DNA of 63,603 bases, filler included, from Reclinomonas americana ATCC 50394 (lineage: Eukaryota), in the NCBI GenBank assembly GCA_048213135.1. It is 12 parts of 9 records of this genome, joined end to end, with 100 filler letters (N's around TTAATTAATTAA, not from the genome) between each part and the next. Parts side by side here need not be neighbours in the genome. Positions count along the whole stretch, not along the records: positions 50,971 to 53,940 come from PS016042.1; positions 54,041 to 56,469 come from PS016042.1; positions 56,570 to 59,596 come from PS016042.1; positions 59,697 to 60,919 come from PS016043.1; positions 61,020 to 62,412 come from AFZH01016534.1; positions 62,513 to 63,603 come from PS016047.1; 6 more parts are not named here. The stretch is one strand, 5' to 3'. Below the pieces are notes generated by a model, which saw only the letters and a list, made by a program, of their open reading frames with translations, was not told the origin of the DNA and made no database searches. Each line of letters starts with the position of its first letter. Positions within the stretch are counted from its first letter, which is position 1. Shown here piece after piece: positions 51,244 to 63,489 of this stretch. Made by a program: the position numbers and the translations under genes.

Positions 51244-52358
51244 TAGGCCAAACTTACTCCTTCCAACGCTCACGACTGCTTCAAACGCTCACCACTCCGT
51301 CTTCAAACGCTCACCCCGTCTTCAAACGCTCACCACTCCGTCTTCAAACGCTCACCACTCACTGCTTCAAACGCTCACCACTCACTGCTTCAAACGCTCA
51401 CCACTCACTGCTTCAAACGCTCACCACTCCGTCTTCAAACGCTCACCACTCCTTCAAACGCTCACCACTGCCTTCAAACGCTCACCACTGCCTTCAAACG
51501 CTCACCACTGCCTTCAAACGCTCACCACTGCCTTCAAACGCTCACCACTGCTTCAAACGCTCACCACTGCTTCAAACGCTCACCACTCCCTCGAGCACCC
51601 GCACCCTCCACATGCTCGCCATTCCTTCTCTCTCCCCTTCTCCTTCTCTCTATCTCTCTCCCTTCCCCCTTCCCTCCCCCCCTTCTCACCTTATCCGCCG
51701 GCTTGGCACCCCTCTTCAACGAGCTGGTGAGCCCACCAGTGCCCGTGTGCTTGTGCAAGAAGGCCGTGCCGGAGATTCCGCGCGGTGGCGAGCTCGACCC
51801 GGCCGCCGCCGACGACGAGCTTCCACCCGCCGCCGCAGTTGTCGACGACTTGCCCTTGTACTCGGCCGGGAAGTCACCGAAACACGACTCCGACGCCTTG
51901 GGCAGCAAATGCGCGTCCTTCTTCTTGCTGCGCGTGCGTGACATGGGTGGTGAGCGCGGGCGCGTGCTTCACTCACACACATACACACAGAGTGATGAGA
52001 CCGCACCTTCCGGGCTGCTTGCCGTCCCACGACAAGTGCGTCTTCACGTAATCTGTGAGTGCGTGGAGGAGGAGGGAAACACAGCAACAGGGGGAGGCAT
52101 GATGCAAATGAGTGAAACCGTTGATCATGGCAGTTGTTCGAGTGAGTCATCACAAAGAGAGTCGCGATCACGCACCTTCAATGAGCAGCGATTGCGCCTG
52201 TGCACAGAGAGACGCACACACGGAGACAGAGAGCAACAGAGAGCGCGCGTGTGTGTGAGCAAAACGGCAATGTCGCACAAGGAAAAACACCCCTCTCACT
52301 CACTCAGACAGACAAAGCACACACACACACTCACCGCAGACTTGTTTGCCATCGCCAT
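50971..52358 (-). CDS. PACRG: Parkin co-regulated gene protein (axonemal inner-junction protein), 5' part
   Basis: [18 protein letters not shown]...[21 protein letters not shown]. Upstream exons [37 protein letters not shown].. join in phase. Confidence 0.92.
51260..51588. repeat. Intronic minisatellite, 16 x 19-23 bp (core CTTCAAACGCTCACCACT)
   Basis: Counted directly. The variable tails are only 1-5 bp, and the array lies in PACRG intron 51165-51689. Confidence 0.95.
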
Positions 52359-52547
52359 GGTGAATGATGCAACGGAGTAAACCACACACTAACACTACTA
52401 AATCACAGAACACAAACAGACAGCAAACAAGCGAGCCCTTCTCTTCCCGCGAATGAAACGCTTGCAATGCGTGACGTCACATTGTCACCCCGTGTCGTGG
52501 GGGAAATTTCGAGTGTACGTTGGGCATTTTGTGGCACGCCGGGGGAA
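52359..52547. promoter_or_regulatory. Putative bidirectional promoter with CRE-like palindrome
   Basis: 189 bp between divergent ATGs; GTGACGTCAC at 52471-52480; E2F-like CTTCCCGCG at 52443-52451. Confidence 0.5.
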
Positions 52548-55500
52548 ATGTCTGACTTGCGCGATATCACACCCGGGCGATCTCGCGTCGGTCTCTCAGA
52601 GGTACTACTCACACACAGGGGGCGCGTCTTCAGTCTCTCTTGTTGCTGACTGCGTGCGTTGTGCAGTCGGTTGGCTTGAATCGCGGACCGCGCGGACCCT
52701 CTGCTGAGCCCATTAGGCGACATCAGCCTCAGCAGCAGCAGCATCAGCATCAGCAGCAAGAGGCGCCTGTGTCTCACGTGCCAGTGTCGTCCACACATGA
52801 GCGAGAGACACGCGCGTCGCGACTGCAGGCGTTCATCTCTGGCTCGCCTTATGCCTACCACGTGCGCACTTCGACGACGCCTTCATCGCCACTGCGTCGC
52901 AGTCAGCTCGATAGCGGGCCTCCTCCTTCGCAGCCCGCTGCTGGTGGGCGACCTCCATCGATGCCAGTGGAGCCTGTGCGTGTGCAGCAGCAGCATAGGC
53001 GACGGCATAGCATGGAGACTGCGGCGTCGGCGGCAGCTGCGGCTGCGGCCTTGTCAGCCACCGAGGAGGTGATCTTCTCTGCGGCACCGCATCTGCGGGC
53101 GGTGGAGTCGCCGCGGCATCCGATCAAGTATGCGTTGAAGGAGCGGGAAGAGTTTTACCAGTTGCAGGATCGATTGCGGTCGCGGTCGCCTCCGTTATAC
53201 CTGAAACGTGGCTTGGTGACGGCGACGACTGCCGCTGCGCCGTCGATGTTGGATCGCATGGCGGGATCGCCGGAGATTCGTCGCGTGTTTGATATGGAGC
53301 GGTCGCGCATGGCCGCGCAGAGGGATCTCGCTCCGCCCGCGTTTGACTTGTCGTCGGCGTCGGCGAATGGATTCAACAGACCGCCATCCGGTGCCGGTGC
53401 TGGTGGCGCCTTCTCCACGCATCCGTACCAGTACAATGGCGCCACACCGTCGCCGGCTGTCGGCTACAATGCGCCTCCTGGATGGCAGCAGCAGACCACC
53501 AGTGGTCCGCAGCGAGGTGGCCGCCCGTCGACGGTCGGTGGACCCGGTGGTGGCAGTGGCGCTAGTGGTGTGAATGGCGATGGTCGACCGCCGTCACGAG
53601 GCCGTGGTCGTGATCGCGCCTCACCGGCACCGCCGTCGCCCACGCGTGGTCGGCGCGGCAGCAATGGGTCGCTGAGCGGCGACCGCACACCCAGCAAGGA
53701 GGAGATCTCGCAGTTGAAGGCCGAACAGGCGCGCTTATTGGCCGAGATCGACCAGCTGCGCCACACAGAGATGCTGGTCAACGAGCACTTGGATAACAAT
53801 CGGAACGATGTGGCCACGCTGCTGGCGCACCGGTTCCCCTACATGGTTTGTGTGTTGGGAGAGAGAGAGATTTCGGTCGACTATGTATGCTGACATTCTG
53901 TGGATGCGCGCAGGGTGAACCGCCGGTGGTGACGAGCAACNNNNNNNNNNNNNNNNNNNNNNNNNNNNNNNNNNNNNNNNNNNNTTAATTAATTAANNNN
54001 NNNNNNNNNNNNNNNNNNNNNNNNNNNNNNNNNNNNNNNNCGAATATCATCGCCAACGCAAGGCACAGGCCGAGGCCGAGCTGACTCATATCAAGGAGGT
54101 GGAGTCTCGAGTACGGTGCGTAACACGAGCCCCTCCTCGCTACTCTCACTCTCGCTCTCTCTTATCTCTCTCTCATCCACCGGTTGCAGGTTGGAGCCAC
54201 CGGCGTCGATTGTCGCCGCAGCCAATGTGCCGCCGTTGGTACCTGTACAGACCGACATGCGACCGATGCACGCTGCTCCGGCAGCAGCAGCAGCAGCGCC
54301 ACCGCCATCATCGGTTTCATCGCAGCAACGCAGTCCATACGCGCCCTATTCACGGGCGGTAGCCACCGCCCCGACGGACCACGGTGCATACCCGCCGTCG
54401 TCGTACTACACGCCGACAGCAACAGCAGCGGCTCCGGCGGCTCCGGCCACCATCGAGGCTTCGCCCTACGCACAGCCCGACTATGGGTCGGGTTTCGAAT
54501 CGCTTGACCAGGTGTGTATGTGTGTGTCTGCATCTGTGCTCAACGTGATTTGTTTGGTTTCTGACTTGACCGCAGGTGGTCGCACGTCTGCGCATGGAGC
54601 GCGAGCGACGCGAACGCAGTGCGAAGGAGCGTGAGGAGCGAGGATCGGGTCTGCAGTCGGCGCCGGCACCGGCAGCACAACCTATCCGTGCCCCGGCAAT
54701 CACCACGACAACAGCGACGGCCACCAGTCCCGTGGGGGGCAGTGGCCGCTCGTTGCCGACATATGGACGTGGTGAGCACCACCTGCTCAGACGTGTGCAC
54801 GGGGTCGAACACGCACTCAATTCGTCTCCTATCACTCCCACGAACACCACCAACGTCACCTCCACGCGCTATCCGCTCGATGAGTTTGACCTGTAGTTCC
54901 TTTCCCTTTAAACCTGTACCTTTTTTCGTTTAGTTTTGAGTGTAGCATCTTCTTTTATTGTTCACCATTCGCCCTCGCCTATCACCCTCTTCTGATCGCT
55001 GACACCGTCTGCGTTTGTGTGTGTGTTTCGCAGCGCGTCCCGTCTCCACCGTCTCCACGGCCACCAACACATCCGTGAGCACACCGCAGACCATGAACCG
55101 CGCCACCTCGCCACCCTCGATCTTGTCGCTGCCGCTGGCCAGCGTGCAGGCACAATTGGGCGCTCCACAGCAACTGCGAGTGCCACTGTCGCCAAAGGAG
55201 AGGCAGCTTCTGGCGGACGTGCCGCCGCTGTCGGTGAGCAGTTGTCGGTTTTTTTCTGCACGCAAAAGAATGCGTGCCTCAACCCGTCGATGTGAACTGC
55301 AGTATGAGCTTCATCGGCAGTTGGAGGAGCGGCTGGACCGCCTGAGTGCACGCAACGAGTCCGGAGGACGACCCATGATCAGCGACATTCACGAGGCCGA
55401 CGCCACCGACGATTCCGCACAAAACCTCTCCGTCTCTGGCGACATGCTGATTGTCGAGGAAGGTCCCACGCCCACCGGATCGCACTCACGCAGCCACCAC

Positions 55501-55738
55501 CACGCTGCGCACCCGCAGCACTCGATGCACGGTCGCATGCCGTACGGTACGTGTCAACTGCCCGACCTGCGTTTCCAACTCTCCATGTTGCATTCAACGC
55601 CTGTTCGTAACAGCCAACCTCTCCACCGACGACTACACACTATGGTCCGCGCACAGCGACGACGACGAGGCATCCTCAGTCCACTTGTCACAGCTGGACG
55701 CAAGTCAGCGACGTGGCGGCGGAGGTGGTCGCTGGTGA
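52548..55738 (+). CDS. Hypothetical low-complexity protein with coiled-coil segments (probably spans the spacer gap)
   Basis: MSDLRDITPGRSRVGLSE spliced to a 1.2-kb exon; heptad segment EEISQLKAEQARLLAEIDQL; further phase-compatible exons to a stop at 55738. Confidence 0.65.
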
Positions 55739-56126
55739 ACAACGCCAAGGCCGACAGACCGCAGGCAACGCAAGAATAGAGCGTCTCGCAGTAAGCAGAG
55801 GCGAAGGATGGGCAAAGGAAAAGGAGGGTTTTTATGAAGGGTTTTCGGAAGTTCTTGTCCCACAGTTCCCAACGATCACGCTTTCACTCTCACACAGCAC
55901 GCGCTCTCTCTGTGCTTTGTGTGTGTGTGCGTGTGTGTGTAATGAGCACACCCAGTGTGGAGCCACCGGTGAGAGAGTGATACAAGTGTCACTTGACCAA
56001 AGTGTGTGTGTGCTCACTTTCATCTCTGTCTCTGTGTGTCTCTCTCTGTGGGGGAAAAAGGCACAGGGTTCGCGCTCAGGCACTCACCAACGCACTCGCT
56101 TTCAAGTCGGTGTCGGAAGCGGTTCA

Positions 56127-59100
56127 ATGGAGGATACCAGTGCGGATGATCCATCGCCATTGACACCGGCCTCACAAGCTGCACTGGTGCACACATACAC
56201 ACTGAGAGAGAGAAGAAGAAGAAGAAGAAGAAGAGAGACTTACATTGTGTGTGTATGTGATCATCATCATTCATCAGGCAATGCCGGTTCGGTCAATGGC
56301 CTCATTGCAAGCAATGGCTCCGATGATTCAAGGCTCCCTGTTGAAACAAGAGAGCAGTGTGTTTCGCGGGCGTTTGTGGAAGGAACGGTGGTTTGCTGTG
56401 GTCGCCTCTCACTTTTGCAAGTATCGGAACAAGGGGGTGTGTCTTGTCTGTCTTGTCTGTCTGCCTCCANNNNNNNNNNNNNNNNNNNNNNNNNNNNNNN
56501 NNNNNNNNNNNNNTTAATTAATTAANNNNNNNNNNNNNNNNNNNNNNNNNNNNNNNNNNNNNNNNNNNNTTCCGTCCACTTGTCACTCGTCGACGGTCGT
56601 CGTCTCTACTCTCTCTCCTCCCTCCCTCCTCTCTCTCTCTCTCTCTCTCGCACACACACTCTTTCTCTCTCTCACCTGTGCACACTCACTTGCTGTTTCT
56701 CGTTCTCTCTCTCTCTCACTCACTCTCTCTCCCTCCCTGCCTCCCTCCCTCACTCTCTCCCTCTCTCGCTTTCGCCACATGACCAGCAACTCGTACGTGC
56801 TGGCGGCGACCAACGCCGGCGAGGTGGAGCAGTGGATCAGTGCCATCAAGCAGGCCAAGGTGGAGCATGCGGGCGAGCAGTCGTTTGCCGCCCTCACCGA
56901 GTGGTTCAACGCGTGCGGTGGCGACGAGCAAGTGTTTCTGCGCGGTGTGGTGCAGTCGATTGAGAAGATTGTGCCGAGCTACAACCACTCGCTGCAAAAG
57001 ATCCGCACCGATCTCTCCACTGTGTGTGGTCGGCTGATTCGAGAGGTTCATTGTTTTTTGCGACGACGCGAGCGTCCCCACTCTCCTCTCCCTCTCTATG
57101 TGTCACGTTCGTCTGACTGTGTGTGGTGGTCTCCGAGGCACAGAGCTCGCACCACAGCCCCACTCCGAGCATGCAGCTGCCGGACTCGCCCGACGTGTCG
57201 TGCCTGCTTCGACCAGAAGATTTGCAGTTTGGTTCCAAAATCGCCGACGGTTTCTACGGCGAGGTGTACCGCGGCCGTCTGTGGGGCAAAGATGTGGCCA
57301 TCAAGCGCCTCAAGCGCGACATTACGCAAGACGTGGTCGACGACCTCAAGAAGGAGGTCCGCGTGCTGAGGTATGTGTGGGAGGAGCTGGCACTTCACCA
57401 CCTTCGCATCTCACTTCTTGCTCGCGTTAGTGCTCTGCGACACCCGAATGTGATCCTGTTCATGGGTTTCTGCGACCAACTGCCGACACCGAGTGTGGTG
57501 TTTGAGATGGCACCGAAGGGTAATCTGTACAACGCCATGCGCAACGAGCCCATCACCGACGACATGCTGTGGCGCATGGTGATGGAGATCTGCGATGGCA
57601 TGAACTACCTGCATCATCGCGGATGCTTGCATCTCGACCTGAAGCCTGTCAACCTGCTGGTTCGTGCATGTATGCTTGTGAGGGTGACTGGCTGTTGCTC
57701 ACCGGTCGACTGCTGGCCGTGCAGGTCGACGACGACTATCACATCAAGGTCTCCGATTTTGGTCTCTCGAAGATTCTCGAGCCCAAGTCGAAGCGCGTGT
57801 CGCGACCACGTTGAGTCTCATTTGTTCTCGCTTCGACCACTAACCACGTGCTCACCTTCATTTTGTGCGTGCAGGGTACGGCACCACCATTTTGTATCAG
57901 GCTCCGGAAATCTATCTTCATCCGGAGCGCGAGTATGGACTGGCAGGTGCGTTTCCCCTCATTCACTCTCTTTCTCCCACAACGCGTTGACCGTCGTTTG
58001 TTTGCCGTGATGCAGCCGATGTGTTCAGCTTCGGCATGGTGCTCTTTGAGATTTTCTTTGTTCGTGAGCACCCGGATTGCGATTTCAAGGAAGAAGGTTT
58101 GGTCCTCGCGCTTGCCCTCTTCATGCGTGCGCCTGGTGTGTGCTCACCCTGTCCTTGCCGACACAGAGGACTACATTTTCCGCATTTTGCGTGAACCGTT
58201 GGAGCGAGGTCAGGCACCTCTCATTCCGCCATGGTGGCCGCCGTATGTGCAGAATGTGATTCTGGCGTGCTTGAACAACCGACCGGAGCACAGACCATCG
58301 TTCGAGCAAGTGTTGCAGGCGTTGCGCCCTGTTGGTGTGTATCCACCGTTGCACGGCACTGCGTGTTGTGTGTGGGTGTTGGCGACTGACGGTGCGCGTA
58401 CACGCAGATTCGTCGGAGTCGTGGTTCCTGTTCCGCTACTCGGCGCAGTTCATGTTTGATTTGGCCAAGCAAGGTACACAATCGTGTGATTCTGCTTGTT
58501 GTGCTCCCCTGTTCTGTGCTCACTGCCCCGTTGCGTGCAGATATTTACGGCTTCAAGAAGCTGGAGGAGTTGAGACCGCACGAGTCGCTGGCGTTCATGA
58601 TGGAGTGCCCAGATCGTTTGGTATCACACCTGGTGGCCTCGGCTGTGGTGCTGGCCGAGTCGGCGGAGAATCTGGAGACCGCCATCAACATACTCAAGCG
58701 CAACGCCGGCTCCCGTGCGTCGACAGTCTGTGCGGTGAACAGAGTCTGCCTGCGGTGTGTGACTCACACAGTTGTCGTGCAGAGGAATCCTTGGACTATG
58801 TGCTGTTCGAGGCACCGCTGGACGCCGTGTTTGCTCTGCTCACCAACAATGCACCGAAACTCGCACTGGAGGGCCTGGAGATCGTGACCCTCTTCCTGCG
58901 CGTGTATGCCACGGGCGAGCAGGCGTGCCGCCGGTTGCAGGAGATCAACTTGGCCGCGTACCTCGAGCGCTGTGCGCGCATGCACGAGGCGCACGTGTGT
59001 GGTCCAGTGCTCACGCTGCTCGGCCGCATCTTGGAGGTCGGCAATACTGGTGCGTGCTCCTGCGTGTGGCCATAGTCCCACTCTCTAGGATGTTGTGTCT

Positions 59101-60919
59101 GAGCTGGCACGCATGCACAGCGGGCCTGGCGTTTTGCAGCGGGTCACCGATTTTCGAGTTGCTCATCGAATGGGGCAGCCGCACCAACGAGGCCGATCGT
59201 CCGCTGGCCGCCGCTGCGCTGCAGGTGCTGGTGAGCATGGTAGTGGCGGACGAGAGTGTGGCACAGCGTGTGGAGAAGCACGGCCTGCATCCGATGCAAC
59301 TCGCCGCTCGCTGCATGACCTCCGCGCATGTCACTCATGTGCGACGTCAATCGATGCGACGCGGACCCCCGGCTGGCAGCGGTGCGTGGCGTGACGCATT
59401 GCTTGTGTGCACCCCTCTCTGACCGCGCAATCACAGCGGCCGCCGATGTACCGTCCAGTCTTCCGCTCAAGTTCCTGCAGGCCAAGGGCAAAATGGAGAT
59501 GCTGTCTGAGTCCGCCGACGATCGCTCGTCGTTGAATCCTCTCGATTTCCGGGAGTTCAAGGAGAAGCAAGGTTTGGATTGCTCTCTCTCTCTCTCNNNN
59601 NNNNNNNNNNNNNNNNNNNNNNNNNNNNNNNNNNNNNNNNTTAATTAATTAANNNNNNNNNNNNNNNNNNNNNNNNNNNNNNNNNNNNNNNNNNNNGGCA
59701 TCGTTGGTGTCGTCTCCCCCTCCTCCTCCGCCTCCTCCTCCGCCTCAACCGCCGCGCTCGCGTGCGTTTGTGGTGGTGCCAGAGTCGCCAGTGGCCAGTG
59801 AGCAGGATGTGTCGCGATCGCCTTCACCGATCATGTCGCGCTCGTTGAGCCCGCCTCTGCATCGTATTGTTGTCAACGATGATGATGAGCAGGAGGAGGA
59901 GGAAGAGGAGGCCGCGAGAAGAGGCTTCTCTGATGACGACGAAGGGCGATGGGAGACGGGCAGTCTGAACGCGCACACGGTGTATCTGTTGCCGTCGTCG
60001 CGCACGGGGCAGTACTTGCGACGCATGCCGAGTCCGCGTGGAGTGCTGGCGTTGCCGGATCGGCATGAGGTCGAGCTGCGATCGCTTACTGGATCGCCGG
60101 CGGCAGCTACTGCCGCCAGTGCTTCGCCGCCACCACCGCTCTCGCGATCGCCGGTGGGTGCTCATCCTCCTCCTTCTTCTCCTCCTCTCTCATGCTCATC
60201 GCGTTGTGTCGTTAGAGTCGATCGCCGGGAGGTGGGTCGCCACGACGAATGGCGGCTGCGCCCTTGTCGCCCGACGCGATGGTGCAGTACGTGCCGCTGA
60301 CACCGTACTCGCCGGCGGCCTCGGAGGTCAGTCTGCCGGGCTTGTCGCCGATGGCGCGATTCGTGGAGCCACCAGGTGCGTGTGTGCTTGCTTTCGTTTG
60401 GTGCGCTCCCGATGCTCACCATCAGAGTGCAGCACTGTCTCCTCCGGGACCAACCATGTCGGCTCTCGCTGCCGCCGATCCCGTGGCCTTTCTGGAGGCG
60501 GTGCCGGCGCCCGAGACCCGTCAGAGCATGCAGACGCGGCACGAGAAGAGTCTGCAGGTCAGTGTGCACTGAACACTCGAGACAGAGAGAGAGTGTGTGT
60601 GATACACATTGTGTGTCTGCGTGCAGGATCTGCGCGCCTACTACGAGGCCGAGTTGCAACGCATGGAGGAGGAAAAGGTGAGTGCGCTTCTGTGTGTGTG
60701 TGCGCGCTTGTTGCTGCGCGCGACGACTGATCGCAAGTCGTGCAGCTGGAGAACGAGCGGACCATGCGTGAGGAGATCATGCGCGAGCTGCGCCGTGCCA
60801 AGGCCGACAAGGAGGGCATTGAGGATCGGTACTCGAGTGAGATTGATGAGCTGCAGCGCGCGTTGCACGAGCAGCGCAAGAAGGCCGAGGTCTGTAACCG
60901 CATACAAGGCCAGGCCGTT
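56127..60919 (+). CDS. PH-domain + tyrosine-kinase-like (TKL) protein kinase with ARM-like helical region and C-terminal coiled coil (partial, spans gaps)
   Basis: PH: IQGSLLKQ..WKERWFAV..YVLAATNAGEVEQWISAI. Kinase: IADGFYGEVYRG..VAIK, LRHPNVILFMG, HLDLKPVNLL, KVSDFGLS, YQAPE, DVFSFGMVL, CL..PEHRPSF. Confidence 0.88.
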
Positions 60920-61019
60920 NNNNNNNNNNNNNNNNNNNNNNNNNNNNNNNNNNNNNNNNNNNNTTAATTAATTAANNNNNNNNNNNNNNNNNNNNNNNNN
61001 NNNNNNNNNNNNNNNNNNN

Positions 61020-62177
61020 GCGTGTGTGTGTGTGTGTGTGTGTGTTCTTGGTTCTTGCAATGCCTTCGGAGCAGTGCCTCGACACATTTACTTGCTGCAA
61101 AATCATTGAGGCACACACTCGTATCAAACAGCAAGATGTGCACGTGGCACAGCAAGCACAGCACGATCAGCCACATAGCTGAACGCAACCCGTTGGCGCC
61201 AGCATCGCAAACACCCGTCGTGTCACACGGCGCGATGAATACCACCGCTGGTGTGTGGAGTGCCGAAATCCGCGAACATTGGATGTCGCGTCTCTGGTCG
61301 CTGCCAAGTCGACCATGATGGCGGTCTCCGCTCACACACCGGGCGCAACTGCAACACTTGCACGGAGCAGGCATGTCGTAGACGCAAACTGCAGTCGTCG
61401 ACAGCTGCTCCGTGTTGCAGTTGCTCACGCAGGGCCAGTCGTGGCAACAGTCGTGGTGAATACGGTGAGCTGCCACCCACACTGCTGGATGGCTGTAAGC
61501 CGAACCTGCCATCGGCTGCGCTAGTGAAACCTTGTTGCAGCGGTGGTACATATCCGTTATTGTGTGGAAACGTGATGACAGCACCGATCAGTCCGTCGTC
61601 AACACCACCAGCAAGAATGCTGGGAGCATGCGCCAGGCGGCCAGAGCACCATCGACAGTGTCGGCCGACGCTCCCGTCCACGCATTCTTCACCAGAGTTC
61701 GACATCCACATTGCCGTCGGTGGCCGACCACGCACTGCACTGACACCACGACGTCGTCGCGATCGTCAGCAACGCGCATCGGGTGGGCAGTCGATTGTCA
61801 GCGCCACGCGCACTATGCCGACAGTGTCTTGGCGAAGCCGTGTAGCACTCACACTCAACATCATCCCAAGAAGAAAGTCGAGCACAGAAGGCAGCGATTG
61901 ACCAAGCCGATCCAGCAGTCTCCACAATCCACCAGCAGCTGACTTGTGTGATGCGGAATGCGGCAAGGGAGACAGCCTCACCAGCGACGATGCGGAGTGA
62001 ATGTGGGTAAGTTGATGCTAGTGCAAGGCTGACGTGGTATGGGTGCTACGCCTCGAGAGCTGTGCTATACGGAGGGTCAACATCGACTCGCAAGCGAGAG
62101 CACGCTGATCTGCAGGCGACATACCATCGAGACTGGCACAGCACCGCAGTGCACAGAAACAGCGCTAGCGTAGTCAT
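61020..62177 (-). CDS. Possible secreted protein 5' fragment, perhaps CUB-like; exon structure unresolved
   Basis: Hydrophobic start MTTLALFLCTAVLC and exon-like CWWIVETAGSAWSIAAF and IGAVITF segments bounded by GT/AG sites. I could not build a confident continuous frame. Confidence 0.3.
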
Positions 62178-62290
62178 GCTGTTGCTCCGCACCCGTTCCT
62201 CATTCTGCTGGCACCAACGCCACGATGCCCTGCGCATGCCATTGTCGCAACTAACATGCATCATGTCGTTGCAGTGACGCTGACGGTCAA

Positions 62291-62339
<49 letters not shown>

Positions 62340-62512
62340 AGAGAAGCAGCGATTGAGTCGATAAGCAGAGTCAGTCGCACACACACGCACACACGCACAC
62401 ACGCACATACGCNNNNNNNNNNNNNNNNNNNNNNNNNNNNNNNNNNNNNNNNNNNNTTAATTAATTAANNNNNNNNNNNNNNNNNNNNNNNNNNNNNNNN
62501 NNNNNNNNNNNN

Positions 62513-63192
62513 CGCTTGCGCCAGGCTCTTGATCTGCGACGGCGACAGTGGATCCGGGCTGAAGCATCTCCACACCGTGGTGTGGATCAGCACCTGCACC
62601 TGCTTGGGCGGCGCATCGGGGAACTCCAAACGAATGCGCGCACGCAGCGAATCAAGTGCCTGATCGCCGCCATCCGGCTCCGGCGACACATCATTCATGA
62701 GCAGCACGAGTGCACCCGAGTCCGTCACCGTCAACGCAATCGGCTCAAACACCAACGGCTGCGCATACGCACTCGACACAATGCTCAACAGCGCATCGTG
62801 TTCATCCACCAACTCCTCCGGCGCCAGCGTCGTCGGCTGCTCCGGCCGTCCCGTGTGGAACACCGTAATGTGCATGGTCTCTGGCGGATTCGTGTACACG
62901 TAGCCCGGCTCACGCCACGACTGCGGCAACGACGCACGTCGCAAGATACGCTGCCCCGCCTGCACCACCCGCCGTGCCACCGCCTGCGGCACCGGCAGTA
63001 CCACCAAACGTACTACAAACAGGAAAGTCAAATGACGGTGAAGGTGAGGAGAGAAATGAAGGGAGAGAGAGAGAGAGACCTCCAGGGTATTCGCACGGAT
63101 ACGGCGACGGCATGATCTTATCGCCGCCAATGCCCTCGAATCCGGAATCCATGCCCGAGTAGCGCGCATCCTCTTTGATCCGGAATACCTCT
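62513..63192 (-). CDS. 2H phosphoesterase superfamily protein (partial)
   Basis: Two HxT motifs, MHITVF and LIHTTVW, ~90 aa apart; upstream exon EDARYSGMDSGFEG..YPCEYP. Confidence 0.7.
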
Positions 63193-63444
63193 GCGAAATG
63201 CAAGAAATGCCACAGTGAGCAAAAGGAGAGAGGAGAGAGGAGAGAGCAGGAAGAAGTGAAGGACGCGCGCTTCCCATGAAATCGATGTGAATGATCAATG
63301 CCAACTCAGTGTACCAGTGTGTGCTCTGAAGGGAGAGAGGAGAGAGAGAGAGAAGAAGAAAGAGAAGAGAATGAGAGAAAGAAGCGCCTGTTCTTTCTCA
63401 TGATATCAATGATCACAACTCAACGCCCAGACAGAGAAACAGAG

Positions 63445-63489
<45 letters not shown>

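Noticed and set aside
51260..51588. CRISPR-like array
   Set aside because: Inter-repeat sequence is only 1-5 bp and reused, there are no cas genes, and it lies inside a eukaryotic intron.
24192..62512. Recurrent TTAATTAATTAA flanked by N runs
   Set aside because: Artificial ~100-bp scaffold spacer with stops in all six frames; not biological.
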